In this document: piece by piece, positions 18,669 to 28,549 of the stretch
How positions within the stretch are numbered: position 1 is the first letter of the stretch
How the letters are laid out: each line of letters starts with the position of its first letter
Assembly (NCBI GenBank): GCA_038889075.1
Contig: JAWAHS010000004.1
Location: 20,036-60,032 of the forward strand
Source of the DNA: Ignisphaera sp.
Lineage (GTDB): Archaea; Thermoproteota; Thermoprotei_A; Sulfolobales; Ignisphaeraceae
DNA length: 39,997 nucleotides
Direction of reading: 5' to 3'
Notes under the pieces: model-generated
What the model was told of the DNA's origin: nothing
Databases searched by the model: none
Seen by the model: the letters and a program-made list of their open reading frames with translations, nothing else
Translations under genes and position numbers: made by a program

Positions 18669-19328
18669 TCATCTAATATTCAGTAGCTTCTTAACGAGCT
18701 CAACAGCACTGATTGCATCGGGAGCCCATCCATCAGCTCCTATCTCCCTAGCCCACTCCTCTGTTGTTGGAGCACCTCCAACAACGATCTTCACCCTATC
18801 CCTTAGACCAGCCTGCTTAATCGCCTCTATGGTTTCCCGTTGCTTAAGCATTGTTGTAGTCATTAGCGCACTCATACCAACTATATCGGGGCTGTACTGC
18901 TTTATAGCCTCTACAAATTTTGAGGGAGGTACATCGATACCCAGATCTATAACCTCAAAACCCGAAGCTTCCCATAGTGATGCAACAATACTCTTACCAA
19001 TATCGTGTATGTCTCCTTCAACGGTACCAATAACTATCCTCCCACGGTAGCTTATACTGCCGCCCCTCTTAGCAATCTCACCTTTGAGAATGGATAGTCC
19101 CAGCTTCATAGCATCCGCAGCTGCAATAATGTCAGATATAAAGGCCTCACCATTAATCCATCTATCACCAAGCTCAAGAACCCCTGCAACCAAAGCCTTT
19201 TCAACAGCTTCGAGAGGATCGATACCAGCTTCAATAATCTTCTTAGCCAGCTTCACAACCTCATCAGAGTCGCCATTGATCGTTGCCTCCCTTAATTCTT
19301 TAAGAAGAACCTCTTTTGTAGACACCAT
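18669..19328 (-). CDS. Corrinoid (B12)-binding methyl-carrier protein (MttC/MtgC-like)
   Basis: GTVEGDIHDIGK (DxHxxG), SALMTTT, VGGAP, N-terminal cap domain. Confidence 0.95.
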   Translation of the reverse strand: MVSTKEVLLKELREATINGDSDEVVKLAKKIIEAGIDPLEAVEKALVAGVLELGDRWINGEAFISDIIAAADAMKLGLSILKGEIAKRGGSISYRGRIVIGTVEGDIHDIGKSIVASLWEASGFEVIDLGIDVPPSKFVEAIKQYSPDIVGMSALMTTTMLKQRETIEAIKQAGLRDRVKIVVGGAPTTEEWAREIGADGWAPDAISAVELVKKLLNIR

Positions 19329-19362
19329 TTCTTATACCACCTAGACCTTTCTAAGGTGATAT

Positions 19363-19431
19363 GCTTAATAAATCTTTCTGTTGACATATGGCTAGGCTAG
19401 CCAGAGCATTGGCTATATATCTAGTCACTAG
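19363..19431 (-). promoter_or_regulatory. BRE-TATA promoter of the methyltransferase operon with upstream palindrome
   Basis: Minus strand GAAAGATTTATTAAG about 40 nt before the ATG; perfect palindrome TGGCTAG-G-CTAGCCA at 19389-19403. Confidence 0.5.
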
Positions 19432-19698
19432 CTTTACTAAGAATAGATTATTGTAAGCTTAAGGTCTGCTTCTATGGAGGAGGCAATGATTATTAATGTT
19501 TTACGTTAGAGGTACGGCTTCAAGTTATTGATAGCTTTTCTTTAATACTGGCTATTCTATTTCAATGGTTATAGAATGTGTAGACAATGCTGTTCAATAT
19601 CCTATAGATATCATAGAATGTTGGTGATCTATCATGTGAGCTAGGTATAAGGTGCCGCTACTTCACGCCCATTATATTCTATTATTATAGAAAATGCA

Positions 19699-20661
19699 TC
19701 AGGGAACTCGGTATAGATGACATCTAACCTTATGATCTTTTCCAACCTCTATGAGTTCCGGTACCTGCCTAGTGCATATCTCTCTTTTTAGTGGACACCT
19801 ATCGACATACCTACAACCACCACCATGAAATCGTATGGCCGGTATTTCTTCGGGTATTTCTGGTCTCCAATCTATAGTTGGATCTGGCGAGGGATACGCC
19901 GAAATTAGGCACCTGGTATATGGATGTAGTGGTTCTGAGAATACGTTCTTCTTACTACCAATCTCTACTATATGCCCAGCATACATGACGGCTATGGTAT
20001 CGGATATATACCGTGCTAGTGCCAGATTATGTGTTATGAATAGATATGTAAGTTTCTTCTTTATTTTTATATCTTTTAATAGTTGTAGTATCTGTGCCTG
20101 TGTAGATACATCGAGCATTGATGTAGGCTCATCTAAAATCATAAACTCCGGCTCCGATATCAATGCTCTAGCTATTACTACCCTCTGCCTCTGTCCACCA
20201 CTTAACATATGGGGATACACCTTAAGATGCTGTTCATTTAGCCCAACAAGCTTTAGAGACTCTATGCTTTTTTCTATAGCTTCTCTCCTGCTATAGCCCT
20301 GGACTATCAGAGGCTCTACGATAGAGTCCTCTATTCTTAGCCTTGGATTCAGGGCCGAGTAGGGGTCTTGGAAGACGATCCTTATCTTGCCACGTAGACT
20401 CTGTGGAAACCTCCTTGTAATGTCTATTCCTTTAAATAGGTACCTTCCATCTGTGGGTTGCAATAGCTTAGCCAAAACCAACCCCAATGTTGATTTACCT
20501 GAACCACTTTCACCAACTATACCTACGGTTTCACCTCTACCCACCTCTAGATCAACACCATCTACCGCCTTAATATAGCCTACTACTCTTTTAAGAAATT
20601 TACTTCTAACCTCATAGTACTTCTTCAGCGAAACTGTCTTAACAAGCACCTCGTTATTCAT
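19699..20661 (-). CDS. dppF: Peptide ABC transporter ATPase
   Basis: GESGSGKS, LSGGQRQR, ILDEPT, C-terminal Cys cluster; ATG 20661 overlaps the dppD stop. Confidence 0.92.
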   Translation of the reverse strand: MNNEVLVKTVSLKKYYEVRSKFLKRVVGYIKAVDGVDLEVGRGETVGIVGESGSGKSTLGLVLAKLLQPTDGRYLFKGIDITRRFPQSLRGKIRIVFQDPYSALNPRLRIEDSIVEPLIVQGYSRREAIEKSIESLKLVGLNEQHLKVYPHMLSGGQRQRVVIARALISEPEFMILDEPTSMLDVSTQAQILQLLKDIKIKKKLTYLFITHNLALARYISDTIAVMYAGHIVEIGSKKNVFSEPLHPYTRCLISAYPSPDPTIDWRPEIPEEIPAIRFHGGGCRYVDRCPLKREICTRQVPELIEVGKDHKVRCHLYRVP

Positions 20662-21580
20662 AAAGATGACACCTGATATAGCTTTTGGCAATGCTCTTTA
20701 GGGTAGGTTCCTCATTGAAGCACCTCTCGAAAGCTATAGGACATCTGGGACTGAACCTACAGCCTTTAGGAAAGCTACCTGGTAGAGGAGGTTCACCATT
20801 TATTATATAGAGCTCATCGATATCGGTATCAATCCTCGGCACAGAGCTTAATAGGGCCCGAGTATAGGGATGCTTAGGTTCCCTAAATATTGAGTATCTA
20901 TCAGAACTCTCTACAACTTGGCCTGCATACATAATGGCCACTCTATCAGCTATGTGAGATGCTAGAGCTAGATCATGTGTTATGTACAACATGGGGATAC
21001 CACGTTTTTTAACGATGTCCTTCAGTAGGAGTAGCACCTTGGCTTGAATAGTAACATCGAGAGCTGTTGTAGGTTCGTCAGCTACGATAAGCTCAGGCTC
21101 CATAGCAATTGTCATTGCTATCAATACTCTCTGCCTCTGACCCCCGCTAAGCTCATGGGGATACCTATCCACAAATGAATCAGGTAGTCCAACATCTTTA
21201 AGCCTCTTTCTAGTCTCTTCAAAGGCTTCTTTTCTAGTCATTTTAAAGTGGTGTAGATATATTTCAGCTATCTGCTCCCCTATAGTTAGAAGTGGATTTA
21301 GACTTGCTAGGGCATCTTGAAATACTACAGCTACCTTGACCGGGTTGGTAGCAGCATCTTTACCGAAGATCCTTATGTATCCACCTGCTATTCTAGCATT
21401 GGGTGGTAGTAATCCAGCTATGGCTAGCCCTAGTGTTGATTTTCCACACCCTGATTCACCAACTATAGCTAGAATCTCCCCCCTTTCATCGATATCTATA
21501 TCGATATCATCGACTACCCTAATCCATCCACGAGTTGTTAAGTACTCTACTGATAGACGTCTTACCTCTAGAGGCTTCAT
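20654..21580 (-). CDS. dppD: Peptide ABC transporter ATPase
   Basis: GESGCGKS, YPHELSGGQRQR, ADEPTTALDVT, GCRFSPRC. Confidence 0.93.
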   Translation of the reverse strand: MKPLEVRRLSVEYLTTRGWIRVVDDIDIDIDERGEILAIVGESGCGKSTLGLAIAGLLPPNARIAGGYIRIFGKDAATNPVKVAVVFQDALASLNPLLTIGEQIAEIYLHHFKMTRKEAFEETRKRLKDVGLPDSFVDRYPHELSGGQRQRVLIAMTIAMEPELIVADEPTTALDVTIQAKVLLLLKDIVKKRGIPMLYITHDLALASHIADRVAIMYAGQVVESSDRYSIFREPKHPYTRALLSSVPRIDTDIDELYIINGEPPLPGSFPKGCRFSPRCPIAFERCFNEEPTLKSIAKSYIRCHLYE

Positions 21581-21589
21581 ATCTCTCTC

Positions 21590-22450
21590 CTAGCTACTCA
21601 ATCTCTTCTTCGGATCCAGATAGTCTCTCAAACCATCGCCAATCAAGTTGAATGAAAGTACTGTGAGAAACATGGCTATTCCTGGAAATACTGCAGGCCA
21701 CCATGCTTCTCTTATATATCTTCGGCCAACGCTCATCATTAAGCCCCATTCGGGTGTAGGTTCCTGAGCACCTAAGCCTATAAAGCTAAGGGTTGCGATA
21801 TAGAGTATTGCATTGCTTAACTCCATCGTTGCCTGGGTAATGAATATAGGCATAACGTGGGGTAGTATGTGCTTGGTTACTATCTTTATATCGCCTAATC
21901 CTGCTTCTCTTGCTGCTAGGACAAAGAGACTTTCTTTTGTCGATAAAACTACTCCTCTTACGAGCCGTGCATAGATAGGCATAGTTACGATAGCTACAGC
22001 TATTATAGCATTGAATAGATTGCTTCCAAATACTGATGCTATCGCTATAGCGAGCATGAATCCGGGTATGCTGATTAGTATATCCATGAGTCTCATCAGT
22101 ATGCCATCTACTACTCCACCTAGGTATCCTGATACCAGTCCTATAACCAGGCCTACGGCACCCGACAATGCAATTACAGCCAAGCCGCAACTGACATCCA
22201 ATATATATGCATAGGAGATTCTCGTAAAAACATCTCTTCCCAGGCTATCTGTACCCAGTATGTGAGGCCAGTGAAAGGTGCTTGGGGCTAGAGGAGGTAG
22301 ATGTACATTGTATGAAATCTGGTCGTATTTAAATGGAGAGAGTAGGATTACAAGGGTAGCTACGGCAGTTAATGCAATTAGGATGCTGAGACCATATCTT
22401 ATCCTCTTAATAGATAGCAGTATTTTGATGTTCTCAAAATTACGGTTCAT
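21590..22450 (-). CDS. dppC: Peptide ABC transporter permease
   Basis: LGTDSLGRD, EAA-like loop FVLAAREAG, PTPEWG, GDGLRDYLDP. Confidence 0.93.
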   Translation of the reverse strand: MNRNFENIKILLSIKRIRYGLSILIALTAVATLVILLSPFKYDQISYNVHLPPLAPSTFHWPHILGTDSLGRDVFTRISYAYILDVSCGLAVIALSGAVGLVIGLVSGYLGGVVDGILMRLMDILISIPGFMLAIAIASVFGSNLFNAIIAVAIVTMPIYARLVRGVVLSTKESLFVLAAREAGLGDIKIVTKHILPHVMPIFITQATMELSNAILYIATLSFIGLGAQEPTPEWGLMMSVGRRYIREAWWPAVFPGIAMFLTVLSFNLIGDGLRDYLDPKKRLSS

Positions 22451-22454
22451 TATG

Positions 22455-23465
22455 CTACTCCCTGATTCTAGGGTCTATGTAGATATAGAGGGTATCTACA
22501 ATAGCGTTTACAGCTATGTATATTATGGATACGACCAGGATCGATCCTTGAATAACCATGTAATCTCTTAAGGTAATAGCCTCCCAAATAAGTCTTCCGA
22601 GACCTGGCCAAGCAAAAATTGTTTCAACAATAATATCACCTGTAACGATAACAGCGAAATAGAGCCCCATAACAGTTACTATTGGTATTAATGCGTTTCT
22701 AAGAATGTGTCTATTCATAATTACAGATTCGGGTAACCTTTTCATTTTAGCTGTTCTTACAAATTCCTGCATCATTACCTCTAGCATGCTATTCCTACCT
22801 AATCTAATTAGAAGGCAGGTCAGTGGGATAGCTAGTGTTAGAGCTGGTGGAAGAATTCTTAAAAGTGAGTCTATGAATGCACTAATATTTCCATTCAGAA
22901 GTGTATCTATTAGCATAAAGCCGGTGTAGATCTTTATATGGTATCTAGGATCTATTCTACCACCTACTGGAAGACCTAGGTTGAGTCCGAAGAAGAGCAG
23001 TAGGGCTATACCCAGCAACATTGTGGGGAATGAGAATCCGAGGACTGAAAATGTTGATAATGCTAAATCGAGTCTCGTATCGTGTTTTCTGGCTGCGAGA
23101 ATCCCTAGAAATATTCCTAGAGCAGATGAGATAACGAAGGCGGTTATCACGAGCTCAAAAGATGCTGGTATTCTCTCTCTTATGAGCACGTTAACGCTGT
23201 GTCCCATTACATATGAATCGCCCAGATCTCCTTGTAGTAGCCGTGAGAAATATATTGCGAACTGTTCCAAGTAGCTTTTATCCAGTCCCCACTCCCTAGT
23301 TACCCTCTCGATGTTTTCAGGTGTTGCCTTAGGTCCTAGAATTGCTATAGCTGGATTGCCTGGAAGTACCCTCGAAAGAATGAAGATAATTACTATGGCT
23401 CCCAAAATGGAGAGTAGGGATTGGAATAGACGGGAAAAAATATATGAAATCATGCTTCTGCTCAT
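22455..23465 (-). CDS. dppB: Peptide ABC transporter permease
   Basis: GDLGDS, FVRTAKMK, HILRNALIP, ETIFAWPGLG, DPRIR. Confidence 0.93.
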   Translation of the reverse strand: MSRSMISYIFSRLFQSLLSILGAIVIIFILSRVLPGNPAIAILGPKATPENIERVTREWGLDKSYLEQFAIYFSRLLQGDLGDSYVMGHSVNVLIRERIPASFELVITAFVISSALGIFLGILAARKHDTRLDLALSTFSVLGFSFPTMLLGIALLLFFGLNLGLPVGGRIDPRYHIKIYTGFMLIDTLLNGNISAFIDSLLRILPPALTLAIPLTCLLIRLGRNSMLEVMMQEFVRTAKMKRLPESVIMNRHILRNALIPIVTVMGLYFAVIVTGDIIVETIFAWPGLGRLIWEAITLRDYMVIQGSILVVSIIYIAVNAIVDTLYIYIDPRIRE

Positions 23466-23477
23466 TACGTATCACAG

Positions 23478-25010
23478 CTATCGTGTTTTGTACACTGGGT
23501 AGAAGTCTATATAGTAAGCGGGATACAGTATGAATCCTTCGATGTTCTTACCCATAAAGGCATACAGTTTAGGTACGTAGAGAAATGCCCATGGTGCATC
23601 GTCGATGATTATCCTCTGTAGCTGTTTATATATTTCAGCTCTTTCCTGTGGATTTAATTTCTGTCTAGCTTTCATACTGAGCTCATTTACTACTGTATTG
23701 TTGTAGCCGTCTAGATTAAGTCCATGTGTGGTGAATAGCGGTACTATCCAATCGTCAGGATCTACATAGTCTGGGAACCAGTCAACCATATACATATCAA
23801 AATCGTAGTTGAATAGCCTGTCTAGGAAGCTGGGCCAATCTAGATCGACAATTCTTACATTTATACCTATAGCCTTGAGGCTACTCTGTATTACTGTTGC
23901 TACTTCTCCTCTTTCAGCTCTTTCAGCTGTACTGATTATAAGCTCTATTTCTCTCAATCCTTTTCCATCTGGATATCCAGCCTGGGCAAGCAACTGTCTA
24001 GCTAGCTCCGGGTTGTATCTATAGCCATAGTTTTCAACCTCAGGATCGTATCCGAAGACTGCTGGTGGAAGAGGTCCATAGAGTCTGGTAGCCGTGCCTC
24101 TAAGAACAACATTCAGTATATAATCGTAATTGATTGCATAGTTTACGGCTTTTCTGAACAGTAGATTGTTGAAGGGTTCTCTTCGATGATTCATACCCAG
24201 CCATTCAATAACAAGACCGTCTATCGAGACCATCTTTATATCTGGATTCTTTGATAGTGGTTCTACATCTTGCGGCTGGATGCCCAGTGCGATATCTATT
24301 TCACCTTTTTCAAGCGCTATTCTTAATGTTGCTGGATCTGGGTAGATCCTTATTATGATCCTATCTGCCTTTGGAGGCCCTCTCCAGTAATCTTTGTTGG
24401 CTACGAGAATTATCTGCTCTCCCTTTTTCCATGACTCGAGTTTGAAAGGTCCTGTGCCTATAGGTTTCTCCTCTAGGTTTGCTGCATTAGGAGGAACGGG
24501 AGCGAATATTGTGAATGTAGCTAGTGATGCAAATGGTGCAAATGGATATTTAAGTGTAAATCTAATGGTATACTTATCAACGACTTCTATATTCTCTATA
24601 ACATCGAGTAGAAATGAGGGAGGACCTTGCAACTGTTTTGCTCTCTCTATACTCTGCTTAACTATATCAGCCGACACCTCCGTTCCATCGTGGAACTTAA
24701 CATTTCTCCTCAAATAGAAAGTCCATACAGTGCTATCTTCATTGGATTCCCATCTTTCAGCAAGCTTAGGCATAAGCTCTGTAGTTCCCGGCTTGAATCC
24801 TATCAGCGAATCGTATATGTTCTGTATAACTATTGCTGAAGCTATATCATAGGATAGTGCTGGATCGAGAGTTTTAGGATCGTAGGTCGTTCCTACAACT
24901 ATTACAGTTTCAACTTGCTGAGGGGCTCGCATAAAAAATAGCGTAAGAACTGCAACCAAGATGACGACCACTGCCACGATACCTATGACGATGCTTCTCG
25001 ATATTCCCAT
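23478..25010 (-). CDS. dppA: Peptide ABC transporter substrate-binding protein (SBP family 5)
   Basis: N-terminal membrane anchor, TLDPA, LAERW, FHDG, GTGPF. Confidence 0.92.
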   Translation of the reverse strand: MGISRSIVIGIVAVVVILVAVLTLFFMRAPQQVETVIVVGTTYDPKTLDPALSYDIASAIVIQNIYDSLIGFKPGTTELMPKLAERWESNEDSTVWTFYLRRNVKFHDGTEVSADIVKQSIERAKQLQGPPSFLLDVIENIEVVDKYTIRFTLKYPFAPFASLATFTIFAPVPPNAANLEEKPIGTGPFKLESWKKGEQIILVANKDYWRGPPKADRIIIRIYPDPATLRIALEKGEIDIALGIQPQDVEPLSKNPDIKMVSIDGLVIEWLGMNHRREPFNNLLFRKAVNYAINYDYILNVVLRGTATRLYGPLPPAVFGYDPEVENYGYRYNPELARQLLAQAGYPDGKGLREIELIISTAERAERGEVATVIQSSLKAIGINVRIVDLDWPSFLDRLFNYDFDMYMVDWFPDYVDPDDWIVPLFTTHGLNLDGYNNTVVNELSMKARQKLNPQERAEIYKQLQRIIIDDAPWAFLYVPKLYAFMGKNIEGFILYPAYYIDFYPVYKTR

Positions 25011-25365
25011 ACGCTATCGCCACCCACTATTTTAATTCCGTAAAAATATTATTGAGGAGGTTAAAATCTTTTATGTATTTTATAGAGTTTTAGGCCCATT
25101 TAAAAACTTGATACTTGCAAGGCTCACAATGCAGTGTTTCTAGTAAATAGGAAATATGGATAGATGGGTTTCAGTAATCTATTCTGATTCTGAATCTAAT
25201 TACGATACGGTGATCTAGATGCCATAGCTAACCCGGTGGGGAGACTTCAAATACTGTACAGTGTTTCTGAGTGTTACCGCTAGACCTGCTACAGCTTAGT
25301 TCAACTCTATATAAACATAATATTATTCTGGCGATTTAGATGATGACTTTTGTAGGTGAGTGGAT

Positions 25366-25974
25366 ATGCTTGAACACCATATAGATTCACTAATTAAGGA
25401 GGAGATTCTTACAGTCATGAAGAATCTGTATAGAAGGGGGCTTGTATCCGCTCTGACTGGCAATGTTAGTGCACGCATACCCGGTACGGATACCTTCTGG
25501 ATAACACCTACAGGGGTATTCAAAGGTGGGCTTAAGGCTGATGATCTGATTAAGATGAATGTACGCGGCGATGTTATTGATGGGAGGAATAGACCATCTA
25601 GTGAGTGGAGATTTCATGCAGCCATATACAGTGTTAGATCTGATGTAAATGCTGTTATACATGCCCACAACCCTATTACACTTGCCTTAAATATTGCAGG
25701 TATGAGGCTCGATCTATCCCTACTATCAGAGGTTATGCTCTTTGTTAGAGGTATCGAGTATATACCATATGTTGAGCCAGGGAGTGAGGAGCTTGCAAGA
25801 CATGTTTTTGAAAAGGCCTCGCTTGGTGTGAATGTAATTGTGTTAGAAAGACACGGTATTATTGCTATGGGCAGGAATCTGTATGAAGCTGAAACAATAG
25901 CTGAATCCATTGAGGATTTAGCTATGGTTCAGCTAATGTCAAAGCTTATAAGATTTCTATACTCCCAATACTGA
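25366..25974 (+). CDS. Class II aldolase/adducin family protein (FucA/MtnB-like)
   Basis: GNVSAR, ITPTG, PSSEWRFH, HAH, LERHG; GGTGA SD 6 nt before ATG 25366. Confidence 0.9.
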   Translation: MLEHHIDSLIKEEILTVMKNLYRRGLVSALTGNVSARIPGTDTFWITPTGVFKGGLKADDLIKMNVRGDVIDGRNRPSSEWRFHAAIYSVRSDVNAVIHAHNPITLALNIAGMRLDLSLLSEVMLFVRGIEYIPYVEPGSEELARHVFEKASLGVNVIVLERHGIIAMGRNLYEAETIAESIEDLAMVQLMSKLIRFLYSQY

Positions 25975-26020
25975 CACTTAGTTATGGTATCTCGGTAGGC
26001 TGCTATGGAGGGTGTAGTAG

Positions 26021-26902
26021 CTATCGATTTGAAAGTACATACTTGGCTAACTGCTCTATAGATTCGTCACGTACATCTATACCCGTCCGTGGTCTGATAT
26101 ACTGGGTAGTACTAGGTTTCACTCTAGATAGGAGATGTATGGCTTCAAAACCTCTTTCACCATATCTACCAACAAGTTCATCAACGGTTTTCACAACATC
26201 TTCAATATCTCTATAGATAGCTATAGCACCTGGGGCTACCACTATTAGAATGTCTATACCATCTAGCATCTTTCTAAATGGTGCTATAGCGTTGTTGAAT
26301 GATTCAACTATCGTCACCTCCCTCCCTATCTCTATCCTCTCGAGACATCTCATCAATTCATCCTCTATATAACTGTTCCTCAACCTCTGAATAAAATCTC
26401 CGAGATTACCTTCGATAGCACGGAGCTTTGCTGATAGCATCTCCAGCTCCTCTCTTAGTGGCTGTGCTACTCCTTCAATATTATCCCTAAAGATGAAGTG
26501 CTGTGTTGATCTATTTAAGCAGGAGCTTACTCTAGCTAGAACAATCTGTTTAAACTGATTCTCTAAATCATCTAGATATCTGTATATGCTGGTACTAAGA
26601 TAATTTAGAGGATCTGGAGGTGCTAGTAGCATATCGATGGGATTCACCAGCTCTACATCGATATCACTCACGATGCTGATGTACTTAACCACATCTTCGC
26701 CAACCAGAACACCTCTTCTCAAACTCTCTACAACTGTTGGATACTGACTCCATGCATTATGTCCAGCAACGGGTTTGTAAACCCCTACCCTAACACCGTA
26801 GGATAGGAGTAGCCTCACAAGTGAGGCTCCCAGCCATGTTTTGCCAGAGTCATATGGAAGGAGACCGGACACCATTACTCTAACAACCATGGTGTGCACC
26901 AC
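26021..26902 (-). CDS. Predicted P-loop ATPase (archaeal, dethiobiotin synthetase/CobQ-like fold)
   Basis: SGLLPYDSGKT, YKPVAGHNAW, VNPID, IVESFN. Confidence 0.75.
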   Translation of the reverse strand: MVHTMVVRVMVSGLLPYDSGKTWLGASLVRLLLSYGVRVGVYKPVAGHNAWSQYPTVVESLRRGVLVGEDVVKYISIVSDIDVELVNPIDMLLAPPDPLNYLSTSIYRYLDDLENQFKQIVLARVSSCLNRSTQHFIFRDNIEGVAQPLREELEMLSAKLRAIEGNLGDFIQRLRNSYIEDELMRCLERIEIGREVTIVESFNNAIAPFRKMLDGIDILIVVAPGAIAIYRDIEDVVKTVDELVGRYGERGFEAIHLLSRVKPSTTQYIRPRTGIDVRDESIEQLAKYVLSNR

Positions 26903-27016
26903 TCAGTAGAGCTCTACATTTAGATAGCTATATATGTGTTGGAAACGGTTGTAGTTTTCATAAAACTTTATAACACTTGTTCTAATTAGAGTAAATTAGG
27001 TGAGGTAGAGGTAGCT

Positions 27017-27307
27017 ATGCCCATAACTGTCATCAAGAGGGATGGTTCTAGAGAGGAATTCATACCGGAGAAAATAGTTGTTAGTTGCCTCAAGTCGGGG
27101 GCAACACCTGAGGTTGCAAGAAAGATAGTTAAAATAATTGAAGGAAGACTACTCGAGCAAAACATCAACGAGATTTCAGCTAGAGATCTCACACGTATGA
27201 TTCTCGAACTACTTAGAAAGGAGAATGAAGAATGGTATAGAAATTGGATTGTATTCGATAGAGCTATAAAGAGAAGAAAAACCGAGGAAGAACTCATGCA
27301 GAAGTAA
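27017..27307 (+). CDS. Stand-alone ATP-cone domain protein
   Basis: VIKRDGSREEFIPEKI ATP-cone signature; strong SD. Confidence 0.9.
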   Translation: MPITVIKRDGSREEFIPEKIVVSCLKSGATPEVARKIVKIIEGRLLEQNINEISARDLTRMILELLRKENEEWYRNWIVFDRAIKRRKTEEELMQK

Positions 27308-27637
27308 TATCCAGGACAAACTCTATACCAAACCATTTTTCCAAATTCCTCAAAAATCTTCCACTCCATTGCCAATAGCCTTTAGCTCTAGAAAAAATCT
27401 CAGTATACCAGCCTAATTTAGATAGAGTACATAAGATGGTGAACTGTAATAGCAACATAGAACTTCGAAAGCCCTTCATAGACATATCCACTCCATGGAT
27501 GCCAGCCGTCAGACTTATCTTGAAATCTAGTGTCCTCTCTATGGATCGCCTATTCTATAAATAGGCGAATGTACGCTTCGCATTGATATGGTTATTATAT
27601 AGGCTATTCTCCAACAGCTGGCGTCCGTCAATGGCAT

Positions 27638-28549
27638 CTATTCTAATTTAGAAACTCTATCCAGATTCTTTTTCCAGATTAGCTGGTCTCTATATGTTGA
27701 ATGGGGTTTAAACACGGTTTTTATACTCTCTATGTTATCACCAACAATATTTATCCTACTAACATCTATTTCTCCATAGCCCCACCTTGAGAGGAAGTAG
27801 AGGTAGCCTATGTCACTAGGGTTGAAGCCCATCGCATAGGATGCTACAGCATCAAGATTTACTGGATTTACAGATGCGAATACAGCACCCCACCTCTTGA
27901 CAGTGCCAGATACAGGGCCGTTCCCCTCCATCGCCTCAACACCATCGACGACACCTATATCCGGCATTAGGTATGTGGCTAGCTTTGCAATATTGTAGTT
28001 TATTGCTAGATACCCTCTATGCATCCTATGCTTCCAGCCCCGCTTTATAGCCCCCATAACAATATTCTTAATTGAGAGCGTAACCACCACCGTATCGTGG
28101 GTCTTCGCTCTACATGGAGATATCCTTACAAAGCTCTTATCGAGAAGAAGCTTAGATACATAGACTTCGTACACACCTCCATGCTCATCCTTTAATTCAA
28201 ATCTCTTCTGCTCATAGTCATCAAGATCGATGAATTCTATACTATACCTTTCTCTAAGTCTATGGTAGCCGAAATTCCTAATCGCCTCCCTAAACGAGCC
28301 TATAGTTGGCGATTCTGCTACAACTACTTCAGAAACACTAAATCTACTATATATGAAGTCGAGTATAGCTTCAACAGTTTCTAGAGGTGTTGCAGCAAGG
28401 TATGTTGTAGCTGAAACAAAATTTGGTTTTATTAAGAACTTCTGACGATCTCTAACAGTAGCTGTAATTTCATCTGCTATAAGCTCTAACACCCTTCTAA
28501 CACCATCTACATGGCTAGAGCTTCTAATAACAGCAACAGACATCATCAA
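27638..28549 (-). CDS. DUF362 family protein
   Basis: LIKPNFV, KTH...TLSIKN, VVDGVEAMEGNGP, PVNLD. Confidence 0.88.
   Translation of the reverse strand: MMMSVAVIRSSSHVDGVRRVLELIADEITATVRDRQKFLIKPNFVSATTYLAATPLETVEAILDFIYSRFSVSEVVVAESPTIGSFREAIRNFGYHRLRERYSIEFIDLDDYEQKRFELKDEHGGVYEVYVSKLLLDKSFVRISPCRAKTHDTVVVTLSIKNIVMGAIKRGWKHRMHRGYLAINYNIAKLATYLMPDIGVVDGVEAMEGNGPVSGTVKRWGAVFASVNPVNLDAVASYAMGFNPSDIGYLYFLSRWGYGEIDVSRINIVGDNIESIKTVFKPHSTYRDQLIWKKNLDRVSKLE

Noticed and set aside
25210-25257. C/D-like geometry GTGATCT-11nt-CTAA-GTGGGGA-11nt-CTGT
   Set aside because: Every box deviates from consensus; possibly a decayed sRNA but unsupported
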